DNA of 64,000 nucleotides, taken from the NCBI GenBank assembly GCA_050741255.1, contig JBOIEQ010000003.1, positions 2,213 through 66,212 on the forward strand, in the 5' to 3' direction. The stretch's first letter is position 1. Each line of letters opens with the position of its first letter. This DNA is from Burkholderiales bacterium (GTDB lineage: Bacteria; Pseudomonadota; Gammaproteobacteria; Burkholderiales; SG8-41). The translations under genes were made by a program, and so were the position numbers. This document shows positions 28,822 to 39,427 of this stretch, in pieces. A model generated the notes under the pieces. That model had not been told where the DNA came from and searched no databases. It worked only from the letters and a program-made list of their open reading frames with translations.

Positions 28822-29790
28822 TCAGTCGGCCTTGGCGCCGGAGACCTTTACGACCTGCGCGTACTGGGCGACTTCCGCCTTGAGCGTCTTGGCGAATTCC
28901 GCCGCGGTATTGGGCGTCACGTCGAACGAGAGGCCCGCGAGCCGCTCCTTCACGTCCGGTGCCTGCAGCGCGCGCTGGATCTCGGCATTGAGCTTGTTGA
29001 CGATGGGCATCGGCGTGCCGGCCGGCGCGAAGAACGCGAACCAGGTGTAGTCCGCGAAGCCGGGAAAGCCCTGCTCCGCGACCGTGGGAATCTCCGGCAG
29101 CGCGGGTGAACGCTTCGCGCTGGTGACGGCGAGCCCGCGGATGCGGTTGCCCCTGATCAGCGGTACCGCCGGCGGCATCGACGTGCTGCCGATCGGCACC
29201 TGGCCGCCGACCACTGCGGTGACGGCTGTTGCCGGGCTGTACGGCACGTGCTGGATGTCGATCTTGGCGAGGGTTTTGAGCAGTTCCATCGCGAGGTGGG
29301 TCGTCGTGCCGGTGCCGGAGGACGCGTAGCTCATCGGCTTGGTTTTCGCGAGCGCGATCAGCTCGGCCAGCGTGTTCGCCGGCACGGAAGGATGCACGAA
29401 GAAGATGTTGGGCGTGGAGGCGGCCTGGATCACCGGCGTGAAGTCCTTGATCGCGTAGCCGGGGTTGGCGTACAGGCTGACGTTGACCGCGAAGGCGACG
29501 CTGGTGCCGAGCAGGGTGTAGCCGTCGTTGTTCGCGCGCGCGGCGACCTGTGCGCCCACGTTGCCGCCGGCGCCGCCGCGGTTCTCGATGATCACGTTCT
29601 GCCCCCAGGCCTCCGTCAGCTTGGGCGCGATGAGCCGCGCGATGATGTCGGTCGAGGCGCCGGGCGGGAAGGCGACCAGGATGCGGATCGGCTTGGTCGG
29701 GTAAGCGGCGGGGGCGCCCTGCGCGAGGGCGGGAGCGGCCGCAAGCGTTGCGGCGAGCGCGCAGACCTGCGCGGGGAAGCGGCGATGCAT
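28822..29790 (-). CDS. Bug/TctC-family substrate-binding protein
   Basis: ATG (CAT 29788-29790) lies 7 nt after GGAGGA (the track start at 29805 is GTG). MHRRFPAQVCALAATLAAAPALA/QGAPAAYPTKPIRILVAFPPGASTD. Confidence 0.9.
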   Translation of the reverse strand: MHRRFPAQVCALAATLAAAPALAQGAPAAYPTKPIRILVAFPPGASTDIIARLIAPKLTEAWGQNVIIENRGGAGGNVGAQVAARANNDGYTLLGTSVAFAVNVSLYANPGYAIKDFTPVIQAASTPNIFFVHPSVPANTLAELIALAKTKPMSYASSGTGTTTHLAMELLKTLAKIDIQHVPYSPATAVTAVVGGQVPIGSTSMPPAVPLIRGNRIRGLAVTSAKRSPALPEIPTVAEQGFPGFADYTWFAFFAPAGTPMPIVNKLNAEIQRALQAPDVKERLAGLSFDVTPNTAAEFAKTLKAEVAQYAQVVKVSGAKAD

Positions 29791-29915
29791 GGTGTTTTCC
29801 TCCACAAGGGGTTCGCACGATCCGCCGGCCGGTCTGTTGCCGGGTCCGCGACGGCAGCGAGGGCCGCGTAGTTTACCCGCGTTTCGCGGGCGCTCCGCCC
29901 GTGCTGCGTGCGCCG

Positions 29916-30731
29916 TCAGGTGAAGTAGAGCTTGAAGGCGGTTTCCCCGCCGATGATGCGCCGCTGGTTGGCATCGGGCACCCAGTCCCGGAAGCTCGCG
30001 ACGGCGTGTTCATAGCGCATCGAATCCTCGAACGCCGCGAACGGCCAGTCGCTGCCCCACAGCAGCCGTTCGGGTCCGGCGTGGGCGAGCAGGGCCTGCG
30101 CGCAGTCTCGCGCGACTTGCGTCGACTCCAGTCGGTAGCCGGCGGACAGCTTGACCCAGGTGCGGCCGTTGTCCACCGCGCGGAGCACCGCCTGGAAGCC
30201 TTCGCACGCAACGCCCTTGCCGCGCTGCGGGTGGCCGAAATGGTCGATGATCAGCTTGACGCCGGCCGCCTGCAGCGTCGCGATGGGCGCGGCCAGCAGC
30301 GGGGCTTCCTGGTTGATGTGCACGTGCCAGTCGAGATCGCGCACGCGGCGGAAAAACTTCCGGTATTCGGGTGTCGTGATGTCGGGCAGGTCCTTCACCT
30401 TGCGCCACTGCAGGCGCACGCCCACCACGCCGTCGTCCTTCATCATGCGCATCACGTACGGATCGATCGTGGGCTTGACGATCACCGTCGTACGCAGGCG
30501 CTTGTGCTTGCGCGTCGCCTCGATCGAATACTCGTTGTAATCGTCGAACAGGCTCGCCGCCGCGAGCACGGCGTACCGGATGCCGTGCCGGTCGAGCGTC
30601 GCGAGGTATTGATCGATGGTGGCGTCGGCGGGCGGCTTGTGCCACGCCGTCGGGGCCAGCGGCATGTCGGTCGTGTAGACATGCGCGTGGCTGTCGACCA
30701 GGGGCGCATCGGGAGTGTTGGATTGAATCAT
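29916..30731 (-). CDS. Amidohydrolase-2 family metal-dependent hydrolase (LigI-like lactonase/decarboxylase superfamily)
   Basis: 271 aa. N-terminal metal motif LVDSHAHVY. TIM-barrel-like length. WGSDWPF near the C-terminus. Confidence 0.7.
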   Translation of the reverse strand: MIQSNTPDAPLVDSHAHVYTTDMPLAPTAWHKPPADATIDQYLATLDRHGIRYAVLAAASLFDDYNEYSIEATRKHKRLRTTVIVKPTIDPYVMRMMKDDGVVGVRLQWRKVKDLPDITTPEYRKFFRRVRDLDWHVHINQEAPLLAAPIATLQAAGVKLIIDHFGHPQRGKGVACEGFQAVLRAVDNGRTWVKLSAGYRLESTQVARDCAQALLAHAGPERLLWGSDWPFAAFEDSMRYEHAVASFRDWVPDANQRRIIGGETAFKLYFT

Positions 30732-30855
30732 CGGGTCGGCGTCGATCGGAGTCGGGCAGCTAGCTTAAGGCCGCCGCAGGCAGGCGTGCAACGGGCATTG
30801 ACCCGGTAAAAGGCACTGCGTATAAGATCGCTGCCTTTCAAGAGCAGGATCGGTG

Positions 30856-31794
30856 ATGACTTCATCCAGTAACGACGCTGCGGAACCGCTGCGCATCTAC
30901 GGCAACCTCTCGTTGCTGGAAATGGCGCCGGTATTGATGGCCGCCGCGCAGGTTTATCCCGGCAAGACGCTGGTGGAGCACGGCAGCGCGATGGCGCTGT
31001 GGGGCAAGAGCAGCGACCTCGCGAGCCTGACGTCGGCCGGACAGGCGGATCTGGCGGGAAACTCCCAGACGCAGGCCCTGCGCGCCGCCGTCGGCAATCC
31101 GGACATGCGCTTCATCCTCACCCTCGCCGAGTGTCCTTATCGCATCGTCGCACGCCGCTCGGCGGGCATCGCCCGGCTGGCGGACCTGCGCGGCAAGCGG
31201 ATCGCCACGCAACTCGAGTCCTCCGGCGCGTATTTCATGGAGCAGATGCTGCGCACCGCCGGTCTTTCCGCGGAGGAGGTGGTCAGCGTGCCCTTCATGG
31301 CCCATACGGATACGCCGCTGAGCCTGGTGCCGGAGGCGCTGCGCGCCGGCCAGATCGACGCCGCGGCGTTGTGGGAGCCGCAGCCGCAGCGCGCGATGGT
31401 CGCTCTGGGCAGCGACGGGATCGAGTTTTCCGATCCGGCGGTCTATACCGAGAAATTCAACCTATGCACTACGCAGGCCAAACTGGAGAACCCCGTGCTG
31501 CGGCCGAAGATCGTCGCGTTCGTGCGGGCGTTGATCGAGGCCGCGGCGCGTTTGAAAAAAGACCCGGAGGCGGGCTGGCAACTCGTTGCGCAGGCGGCGA
31601 AGCTGGACCTCGAAACGGTACGAGGTGCGTGGCCCCGCTTCAAATACCCGGGCGCGCTCGCGCCCGATCTGCTTGATGTCTTCGAACGGGAGGACGTCTG
31701 GATCGCGAGGACCCAGGGCCGCGCGCCGCGCACGCGCGTCGAGCTGTCCCGGCTGATCGACGACAGCGTGGTACGGGAAGCGCGGGCGGGCTGA
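30856..31794 (+). CDS. NMT1/SsuA-like substrate-binding-fold protein without an obvious signal peptide
   Basis: About 312 aa. The pattern ...LRGKRIATQLESSGAYFMEQMLRTAGLSAEEV...GQIDAAALWEPQ... is typical of sulfonate/nitrate-type periplasmic binding folds. The N-terminus MTSSSNDAAEPLRIYG is not hydrophobic. Confidence 0.5.
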   Translation: MTSSSNDAAEPLRIYGNLSLLEMAPVLMAAAQVYPGKTLVEHGSAMALWGKSSDLASLTSAGQADLAGNSQTQALRAAVGNPDMRFILTLAECPYRIVARRSAGIARLADLRGKRIATQLESSGAYFMEQMLRTAGLSAEEVVSVPFMAHTDTPLSLVPEALRAGQIDAAALWEPQPQRAMVALGSDGIEFSDPAVYTEKFNLCTTQAKLENPVLRPKIVAFVRALIEAAARLKKDPEAGWQLVAQAAKLDLETVRGAWPRFKYPGALAPDLLDVFEREDVWIARTQGRAPRTRVELSRLIDDSVVREARAG

Positions 31795-31806
31795 CGCTTT
31801 ACCCCA

Positions 31807-32784
31807 CTACTCCGGTTTCAGATTCAGCGCGCGCACCAGCTTGCCCCAGCGCTGTGTCTCGGCGTCGAGCAGCTTGCCGAATTCCTCCGGCGTGCTGAGC
31901 ACGATGTCCACCGCCATGCCGCGCATGGTTTCGACGATGCTCGGTTGCTGCATCACCTTGTGGATCTCGGCGTTGAGGGTATCGATGATCGGTTGCGGCG
32001 TGCGCGCGGGCACCAGGACGCCGAGCACCGCGTCCGCGCGGAAGCCCGGCACGCCTGACTCGGCGATTGTCGGCAGTTGCGGGGAGGAGGCGGATCGCTT
32101 TGCGCTCGCGGTGGCGAGTGCGCGCAGCCGCCCGCTCTCGATGTGCGGCTTGACGGTCAGGGCGTTGCCGAAGACCAGCGCCACTTCCCCGGACAGCGCC
32201 GCCACCAGCGCCGGGCCCGCGCCCTTGAAGGGAATCTCGCGCAGTTTCACGCCCGCCATCTGGTTGAACAGTTCGGTTGCCAGTTGCGCGGAGCTGCCGT
32301 TGCCGCCGGAGGCGTAGTTGATCTGGTCCGGGCGCGCTTTCGCCAGCGCGATGAGTTCCTTGATGTTGCGCGCCGGCAGGGACGGATGGGCGACCAGCAC
32401 GTACGGCGAAGAGGCGACCATGGACACCGGCGCGAAATCGCGCTGCGTGTCGTACGGCAGCTTGGCATACAGGCTCGGATTCACCGAATGCGGGCTGGAG
32501 ACGAAGATCAGCGTGTAGCCGTCGGGCGCGGCGCGCGCGACGATTTCCGTGCCGATGATGCCGTTGGCGCCCCCGCGGTTGTCCACGATGACCTGCCGTT
32601 TCAGCGACTCCGTCATGCCCGCGGCGAGGTGGCGCGCGATGATGTCCGTGCCGCCGGCCGGCGGAAAGGGGACCACCATGCGTACGGTTTTCGCCGGATA
32701 CGGTTGGGCATGCACCGCGCCCGCACCGGCGATGACCGCGATCGCCGCGATGCCCGCGGGGCCAAGGTTCCACTTCTCCATCAT
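31807..32784 (-). CDS. Bug/TctC-family substrate-binding protein
   Basis: Signal peptide plus YPAKTVRMVVPFPPAGGTDIIARH. Confidence 0.9.
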   Translation of the reverse strand: MMEKWNLGPAGIAAIAVIAGAGAVHAQPYPAKTVRMVVPFPPAGGTDIIARHLAAGMTESLKRQVIVDNRGGANGIIGTEIVARAAPDGYTLIFVSSPHSVNPSLYAKLPYDTQRDFAPVSMVASSPYVLVAHPSLPARNIKELIALAKARPDQINYASGGNGSSAQLATELFNQMAGVKLREIPFKGAGPALVAALSGEVALVFGNALTVKPHIESGRLRALATASAKRSASSPQLPTIAESGVPGFRADAVLGVLVPARTPQPIIDTLNAEIHKVMQQPSIVETMRGMAVDIVLSTPEEFGKLLDAETQRWGKLVRALNLKPE

Positions 32785-32818
32785 TCCTCCAGATTCTGTT
32801 GGGCGGCGTGGATGCCCG

Positions 32819-33730
32819 TCAGCCCTTCGCCGCCAGCGTCTTCGCTTCCCGCGCCTTGATGGCGTCGTAGCGCGCGATCAGCTTCTGCGCGCGCACGATG
32901 ATCGGGATGTCGATCATCTTGCCGTCGAGCGACCACGAGCCGCGGCCGGCGGCAGCGGCTTCCTTGTCGAGCTTGATCACCTTGCGCGCGTATTCGACTT
33001 CCTCGGCGGTCGGCGTGTATTCCTCGTTGACGATCGTGACCTGGCCGGGATGGATGCAGCCCGCGCCCATGAAGCCGAAGTCGCGCGAGCGGCGCACCAT
33101 GGCCCGGAACTTGTCCCAGTCGCCGAAACCCGCGACGCTGTCGATGAAGCCGAACGGCATGATGCCTGCCGCGTTGGCGGCGATGATCATGTGCTGCTTC
33201 GGATAGAACAAGGCGTCGCCGGTCGGCTGCATGTTGCAGTTGAGCGCGAAGTCCTCGCCGCCGATGTTGCAGCCCACGATGCGATCGCAGGATTGCGTGA
33301 TCTCCTGGATGCGGAAGAATGCATCGGGCGTTTCGATCATCGTGATGAATTTCGTGTGGCCGACCGTCATGCCGCGCTTTTCCTCCAGCTCGGTCACCAG
33401 TTCGTCCAGCAGGCGCACATGCGAGGCGCTGTCGGCTTTAGTGACAGCGATGCCGTTGACGTCCGGGCAGACTGAATGTTCGAGGTCGCGCACGGTCATG
33501 GACAGCGGCCGGTTGATGCGCACCACCACGTCCGCGCCTGCCTGCCGCACTCGGGCGGCGGCTTTTTCGACCAGCGTGCGCGCCTTGTCCTTTTCGGCGG
33601 GCGGCACCGCATCCTCGAGGTCGAGCTGGATGACATCGGCGCCGCGCGTGTGCGCCTTGTCCACGTACTTGTCGACGTTGACGGGCACGTACATGAGCGA
33701 GCGCCAGACCGGCAGTTGCTTGGGTTTCAT
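32819..33730 (-). CDS. HpcH/HpaI aldolase / citrate lyase beta (CitE)-like acyl-CoA lyase
   Basis: Internal ATG (CAT 33728-33730) of the fused track ORF 32819..34807. MKPKQLPVWRSLMYVPVNVDKYVDKAHTRGADVIQLDLEDAV. ATGA overlap with the upstream gene. Confidence 0.82.
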   Translation of the reverse strand: MKPKQLPVWRSLMYVPVNVDKYVDKAHTRGADVIQLDLEDAVPPAEKDKARTLVEKAAARVRQAGADVVVRINRPLSMTVRDLEHSVCPDVNGIAVTKADSASHVRLLDELVTELEEKRGMTVGHTKFITMIETPDAFFRIQEITQSCDRIVGCNIGGEDFALNCNMQPTGDALFYPKQHMIIAANAAGIMPFGFIDSVAGFGDWDKFRAMVRRSRDFGFMGAGCIHPGQVTIVNEEYTPTAEEVEYARKVIKLDKEAAAAGRGSWSLDGKMIDIPIIVRAQKLIARYDAIKAREAKTLAAKG

Positions 33731-34983
33731 TCGTCGTCCTCTTTCGTCACGGGGATGCCTTCGCAGGCGATGCCCGCAGCCAGCAGTTGTTGATAGGCGG
33801 CCTCGTCCACGCCGAGGCCGGCGAGTACGCTGCGGTTGTGTTCGCCGAGGCGCGGTGCCGGCGTGCGGATGGAGGCGGGCGTGCCGGACAGCCGCGGCAC
33901 GACGTGGTGCATCGGGAAGCGGCCCATGTCGGCATCCGGGTAGTCGGCGAGCAGTTCGCGCTCCAGCACGTGCGGATCTTCGACGATCTGCGCGATGTCG
34001 TAGATCGGACCGATGGTCACGTCGGCTTTCTCGAAGAAGGCGACGTTCTCCGCCTGCGTGCGCTCGGCAACGAACGCGCCGATGATCGCGTCCAGTTCCT
34101 CGGCGTATTTCACGCGGTTGGCGTTGGTCTTGTAGCGCGGGTTGTCGATGAGGTCGGCGCGGCCGATGGAACTGAAGACCCGTTCGGCCATTTTCTGGAT
34201 GGACGCCGAGAGGCCGACGTAGAGGCCGTCCTTGCAGCGGTAGGCATTGCGCGGCGCGGCGTTGGTCGAGCGGCTGCCGGTGCGCGGCTTCACCTTGCCG
34301 GTCAGCCGGTGGTACGCGGCCTGCGGGCCCAGCACGGCGAACAGCGGGTCGAGGAGCGGCAGATCGATCACCTGGCCCTTGCCGCCGTTCATTTCCACTT
34401 CGCGCAGCGCGACCAGCACGCCTGACGCCCCGTACAGGCCGGCAATGGTATCGGCCAGGTACATCGGCGGCAGCACCGGCTCGCGGTCTTCGAAGCCGTT
34501 CAACGAGGCGAAGCCCGACATGCCCTCCACGAGCGTGCCGAAGCCGGGCCGGCGGCGGTAGGGGCCTGTCTGTCCCCAGCCGGAGATGCGGACGATGATG
34601 AGCCTGGGATTCTTCGCGAGCAGGACGTCGGGACCCAGTCCCATCTTCTCCAGCGTGTCGGGACGGAAGCTCTCGATGAAGACCTGCGCGGAAGGCACGA
34701 GCTTCAGCAGCAGATCGCGCGCTTCCGCCTTGCGCAGTTCGAGTCCGAGGCTGCGCTTGTTGCGGGCGTAGAGCTTCCAGTTGGTGTCGACGTCCTTGAC
34801 CTTCCACGCGCGCAGCGTGTCGCCGCCCGGCGGTTCGACCTTGATCACCTCCGCGCCGAAATCGGCGAGCACCTGCGTGACCTGGTTGCCGGCGACGAGC
34901 CGCGACAGGTCGAGCACGCGCACGCCGTTCAGCGGGCCGCGGGCGTCGGGGGTGTACTCGCGTTTGACGATGCCGCCCATCAT
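33727..34983 (-). CDS. Family III CoA-transferase (CaiB/BaiF type)
   Basis: Internal ATG of track ORF 33727..35877. [59 protein letters not shown] overlap with the Bug stop. Confidence 0.85.
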   Translation of the reverse strand: MMGGIVKREYTPDARGPLNGVRVLDLSRLVAGNQVTQVLADFGAEVIKVEPPGGDTLRAWKVKDVDTNWKLYARNKRSLGLELRKAEARDLLLKLVPSAQVFIESFRPDTLEKMGLGPDVLLAKNPRLIIVRISGWGQTGPYRRRPGFGTLVEGMSGFASLNGFEDREPVLPPMYLADTIAGLYGASGVLVALREVEMNGGKGQVIDLPLLDPLFAVLGPQAAYHRLTGKVKPRTGSRSTNAAPRNAYRCKDGLYVGLSASIQKMAERVFSSIGRADLIDNPRYKTNANRVKYAEELDAIIGAFVAERTQAENVAFFEKADVTIGPIYDIAQIVEDPHVLERELLADYPDADMGRFPMHHVVPRLSGTPASIRTPAPRLGEHNRSVLAGLGVDEAAYQQLLAAGIACEGIPVTKEDDE

Positions 34984-35948
34984 TCCGCCTTGATGTTGGA
35001 TTCCCTGACGACCTTCACCCAGCGCGCGATCTCCGCCTTGAACATCGCGGTGAACGCCTCGGGCGTGGCCGGCGTCGGTTCGGCACCGAAGTCCGCGAAG
35101 CGCTTCTTCATGTCGTCGGTGACGAGGATCTTGTTGATCTCGGCGTTCAGCCGCTCGACGACCGGCCGCGGTGTTTTCACGGGTGCGAAAAAGCCCCACC
35201 ACAGCGAGACGTCGTAGCCGGGCAGGCCACTTTCCGCGATGGTCGGGAGGTTCGGCAGGAAGGCGGAGCGCTTGGCGGTGCTCATGCCGATGGCGCGCAG
35301 CCGGCTGCTCTTGATCTGCGTCTCCACCGAAGCGGCACTGACCAGCAGGACCTGCACCTGCCCCGCCATGAGGTCGACGAGCGCGGGCGCCATGCCCTTG
35401 TGCGGGACGTGGACCATGCTGATTTTCGCCATCGAGGCGAACACTTCGGTACCCATGTGGTTGATGCCGCCGACGCCCGACGAGGTGTAGTTCAGTTGCC
35501 CGGGTTTCGCGCGCGCGATGGCGATCAGTTCCCGGGCGTTCTTCGCCGGGACCGACGGATGCACGACCAGCACCAGCGGACCGTTGCCGAGCAGCGCCAC
35601 GCCGGTGACGTCGTTGACCGGATCGAAGGGCTGTTTCGGCTGCAACGCCACGGTCGTCGTGTAAGTACTGGAGGAAATGTAGATCGTCGAGCCGTCGGGC
35701 GCCGATTTCGCCATCAGGTCCGCGGCGAGCATCTGGCTCGCGCCGGGGCGGTTGTCCACCAGCACCGGCTGGCCGAGGATTTCGGAGAGGCGCTGGCCGA
35801 CCGCGCGCGCCAGGATATCGTTGCTGCCGCCCGGCGGCGAGCCGACCAGCACCCGGATCGGTTTGGTCGGCGTCCACGGTTGTGCAAGCGCGTGCGGCGC
35901 GGTGAGCAGGACGAAGGCGACGAGCGGAACATAAAGCACGCGTTTCAT
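34980..35948 (-). CDS. Bug/TctC-family substrate-binding protein
   Basis: Internal ATG (CAT 35946-35948) after [49 protein letters not shown]. Confidence 0.9.
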   Translation of the reverse strand: MKRVLYVPLVAFVLLTAPHALAQPWTPTKPIRVLVGSPPGGSNDILARAVGQRLSEILGQPVLVDNRPGASQMLAADLMAKSAPDGSTIYISSSTYTTTVALQPKQPFDPVNDVTGVALLGNGPLVLVVHPSVPAKNARELIAIARAKPGQLNYTSSGVGGINHMGTEVFASMAKISMVHVPHKGMAPALVDLMAGQVQVLLVSAASVETQIKSSRLRAIGMSTAKRSAFLPNLPTIAESGLPGYDVSLWWGFFAPVKTPRPVVERLNAEINKILVTDDMKKRFADFGAEPTPATPEAFTAMFKAEIARWVKVVRESNIKAE

Positions 35949-36042
35949 GGGTGGGTCCTCCGGGGTGCTACAGGGCACTACGGGGCGCTCTGCGCCGGCG
36001 GGAGGCCGCGTTATACTTCGCGGCTCTTCGCAGGAGATTAAC

Positions 36043-36963
36043 ATGACCGACCTGTCCTCCGGACCGGGTAACAGCCCGAACCTCGCCTCCGCCGGCGCCC
36101 GATTCCGCGCCGCCGTCGCCGCCGAAAAACCGCTGCAGATTGTCGGCACCATCAATGCTTATCACGCGCGGCTCGCCGAGCGCGAAGGCTACAAGGCGAT
36201 TTACCTGTCGGGCGGGGGCGTTGCCGCCGGCTCGCTCGGCATCCCCGATCTCGGCATTTCCAGCCTCGACGACGTGCTGACCGACATCCGCCGCATCACC
36301 GATACCTGCAGCCTGCCGCTGCTGGTCGACGTGGACACCGGCTTCGGGTCGAGCGCCTTCAACGTCGCGCGCACCGTGAAGTCGCTCATCAAGTTCGGCG
36401 CCGCCGGCATGCACATCGAGGATCAGGTCGGCGCCAAGCGCTGCGGCCATCGGCCGAACAAGGAACTGGTCTCCAAGCAGGAGATGGTCGATCGCATCAA
36501 GGCCGCGATGGACGCCAAGACCGACCCGAACTTCGTGGTGATGGCGCGCACCGACGCGCTGGCCGTGGAGGGTTTCGACAAGGCCGTCGAACGGGCGATG
36601 GCCTGCGTGGAAGCGGGCGTCGACATGATCTTCCCCGAGGCGATCACCGAACTGGCGATGTACAAGAAGTTCGCCGATGCGGTGAAAGTGCCAATCCTCG
36701 CCAACATCACCGAGTTCGGCCAGACGCCGCTGTTCACGACGCAGGAGCTGGCCTCCGCCGACGTGGCGATGGCGCTCTACCCGCTGTCCGCCTTCCGCGC
36801 CATGAACGCTGCAGCTCTCAACGTGTTCCATGCGATCCGCAAGGAGGGCACCCAGAAGAACGTGGTGAACACCATGCAGACCCGGGACCAGTTGTACGAC
36901 TACCTGGGCTATCACCACTACGAGCAGAAGCTCGACGCGCTGTTCAAGCAGCACAAAAAGTAG
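36043..36963 (+). CDS. prpB: 2-methylisocitrate lyase (isocitrate lyase/PEP mutase superfamily)
   Basis: ATG at 36043 after [33 protein letters not shown]; family signature GAKRCGH; [11 protein letters not shown]. Confidence 0.82.
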   Translation: MTDLSSGPGNSPNLASAGARFRAAVAAEKPLQIVGTINAYHARLAEREGYKAIYLSGGGVAAGSLGIPDLGISSLDDVLTDIRRITDTCSLPLLVDVDTGFGSSAFNVARTVKSLIKFGAAGMHIEDQVGAKRCGHRPNKELVSKQEMVDRIKAAMDAKTDPNFVVMARTDALAVEGFDKAVERAMACVEAGVDMIFPEAITELAMYKKFADAVKVPILANITEFGQTPLFTTQELASADVAMALYPLSAFRAMNAAALNVFHAIRKEGTQKNVVNTMQTRDQLYDYLGYHHYEQKLDALFKQHKK

Positions 36964-37069
36964 CCCCGGCAGGGTCCCGCCGGGCCGCCGCGGCCACGGG
37001 GCGGTCGTTGCCCCGCCAGGGCGGAGCGGCCTAAAATGGCCGCGAAACAGCCTCTGCGGCCATACCCCC

Positions 37070-38323
37070 ATGCAGCTCTTCGCCTTCGGCATCAACCACC
37101 ACACCGCGCCGCTCGACGTGCGCGAGCGGGTGGCGTTTCCCGCCGAGCGCATGGGCGAGGCGCTGCGCGACCTTGTGCAGCGGCATCCGGTGCAGGAGGC
37201 GGCGATCGTCTCGACCTGCAACCGCACCGAGGTCTACTGCAACACCGACACGCCGCGCCACGCGATCGAGTGGCTTGCGGATTATCACCAGATCAAGGCC
37301 GCAAACGTCGAGCCATATCTCTACAAGCTGCCGCACGACCGCGCGGTGAAGCACGCCTTCCGCGTTGCGAGCGGACTCGACTCCATGGTGCTGGGCGAGC
37401 CGCAGATCCTCGGCCAGTTGAAGGACGCGGTGCGCGCGGCGGAATCCGCCGGCACGCTCGGCCTGCTGTTGAACAAGCTGTTCCAGCGCACCTTCTCCGT
37501 AGCCAAGGCGGTGCGCACGGAAACCGAGATCGGCGCGAGCACGGTGTCGATGGCGGCGGCGGTGGTGCGGCTGGCCGAAAGCATCTACCCGTCGATCGAG
37601 GGGCAGAACGTGCTGTTCATCGGCGCCGGCGAGATGATCGAGTTGACGGCGACGCACTTCGCGGCGCGGCGGCCGAAGCACATGGTGTTCGCCAACCGTA
37701 CCGTCGAGCGTGCGCAGGCGCTGGCCGACCGCTTCGTGGGCCGCACCATCGCGTTGAACGATCTCGCGACGCAACTCCCGCTCTACGACATCATCGTCAG
37801 CTGCACGGCGAGCCCCTTGCCGATCATCGGCAAGGGCATGCTCGAAAGCGCGCTGCGCGCGCGCAAGCACCGGCCGGTACTGGTGGTGGACCTTGCCGTG
37901 CCGCGCGACGTGGAGGCTGAAGTCGCGCAGATGGACGACGTCTTCCTCTACACCGTGGACGATCTCGGCCGCATCGCGCAGGAAGGCATGGACAACCGCA
38001 TCACCGCCGTGACCCAGGCCGAGGCCATCATCGACACCCAGGTGATCGATTTCATGCACTGGCTCGACCACCGCGCCATGGTGCCGGCCATCCGCGCGCT
38101 CCGCGACGACGCTGACCGGGCGCGCCGCCGCGCCGTGGAACGGGCGCTCAAACACCTGGCCACCGGCGGCTCGGCGGCAGAGGCCATCGAGCAGTTGTCC
38201 CACACGCTCACCAACAAGCTCCTCCACGCGCCCACCCAGGCGCTCTCGCAGGCCGGCGGCGAAGACCACGAGCCGCTGCGCGCGCTGCTGGCCAAGCTCT
38301 ACGACCTGCGCGACAAAGAATGA
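37070..38323 (+). CDS. hemA: Glutamyl-tRNA reductase
   Basis: 417 aa. [23 protein letters not shown]; STCNRTEVY; GAGEMIEL. Confidence 0.95.
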   Translation: MQLFAFGINHHTAPLDVRERVAFPAERMGEALRDLVQRHPVQEAAIVSTCNRTEVYCNTDTPRHAIEWLADYHQIKAANVEPYLYKLPHDRAVKHAFRVASGLDSMVLGEPQILGQLKDAVRAAESAGTLGLLLNKLFQRTFSVAKAVRTETEIGASTVSMAAAVVRLAESIYPSIEGQNVLFIGAGEMIELTATHFAARRPKHMVFANRTVERAQALADRFVGRTIALNDLATQLPLYDIIVSCTASPLPIIGKGMLESALRARKHRPVLVVDLAVPRDVEAEVAQMDDVFLYTVDDLGRIAQEGMDNRITAVTQAEAIIDTQVIDFMHWLDHRAMVPAIRALRDDADRARRRAVERALKHLATGGSAAEAIEQLSHTLTNKLLHAPTQALSQAGGEDHEPLRALLAKLYDLRDKE

Positions 38324-39411
38324 AGCCGAGCATGGCGGGCAAGCTCGAGCAGCTCGCGGGGCGGCTCGAAGAGGTGACGCGTCTGTTGTCCGCCGAAAGC
38401 GCCACGGCGAACCTGGACCAGTACCGGAAACTGACGCGCGAGCATTCCGACCTGACCCCGGTGATCGAGCTCTACCGCGCCTTCCGCGCCGCCGAACGCG
38501 ATCTCGGCGCCGCGCAGGAGATGGCGGGGGATCCCGCGATGAAGTCCTTTGCGGACGAGGAGCTGAAGGACGCGCGGGCCCGCATCGCGGAACTGGAGGA
38601 AAAGCTCCGCAAGGAACTGCTGCCCAAGGATCCCAACGACGAGCGCAGCATCTTTCTCGAGATCCGCGCCGGCACCGGCGGTGACGAGTCCACGTTGTTC
38701 GCCGCCGACCTGTTCCGCATGTACTCGCGCTACGCCGAGCGTCACCGCTGGCCGGTGGAGATCATGTCCGAGAGCGGCAGCGAACTGGGCGGCTACAAGG
38801 AGATCATCGCCCGGATCGACGGCCAGGGCGCGTATTCGAAGCTCAAGTTCGAGTCCGGCGGGCACCGCGTGCAGCGCGTGCCCCTGACGGAGACGCAGGG
38901 CCGCATCCACACCTCGGCGTGCACGGTGGCGGTGATGCCCGAAGCCGACGAAGTGGTCGACGTCGTGCTCAATCCCGCGGAGATGCGCATCGACACTTTC
39001 CGCGCGTCCGGCGCCGGCGGCCAGCACGTCAACAAGACCGACTCCGCGATCCGCATCACGCACCTGCCGACCGGCATCGTCGTCGAATGCCAGGACGACC
39101 GCTCGCAGCACAAGAACAAGGCGCGCGCGCTGTCGGTGCTGGCGGCGCGCATCAAGGACCAGCAGTTGCGCGCGCAGCAGGCCAAGGAAGCCGCCACGCG
39201 CAAGTCGCTGATCGGCAGCGGCGACCGCTCCGAGCGCATCCGCACCTACAATTTCCCGCAGGGCCGCGTGACGGACCACCGCATCGGCCTCACGCTGCAC
39301 AAGATCGCCGCGATCATGGACGGCGACCTCGAGGAACTGAGCGCCGCGCTGATCGCCGAGCATCAGGCGGAGCAGCTTGCGCAGTTGTCCGAGGAATCGC
39401 AGGCGGCCTGA
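38320..39411 (+). CDS. prfA: Peptide chain release factor 1
   Basis: 363 aa. GGQ motif [29 protein letters not shown] overlap with hemA. Confidence 0.96.
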   Translation: MKPSMAGKLEQLAGRLEEVTRLLSAESATANLDQYRKLTREHSDLTPVIELYRAFRAAERDLGAAQEMAGDPAMKSFADEELKDARARIAELEEKLRKELLPKDPNDERSIFLEIRAGTGGDESTLFAADLFRMYSRYAERHRWPVEIMSESGSELGGYKEIIARIDGQGAYSKLKFESGGHRVQRVPLTETQGRIHTSACTVAVMPEADEVVDVVLNPAEMRIDTFRASGAGGQHVNKTDSAIRITHLPTGIVVECQDDRSQHKNKARALSVLAARIKDQQLRAQQAKEAATRKSLIGSGDRSERIRTYNFPQGRVTDHRIGLTLHKIAAIMDGDLEELSAALIAEHQAEQLAQLSEESQAA

Positions 39412-39427
39412 GCGCGTGGTGGACAAA

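Noticed and set aside
32819-35877. Fused track ORFs 32819..34807 (662 aa) and 33727..35877 (716 aa), taken as single large proteins
   Set aside because: In each, only the C-terminal part has family motifs (CitE-like; CoA-transferase). The N-terminal parts are out-of-frame read-through over the upstream genes. ATGA start/stop overlaps define the real boundaries.
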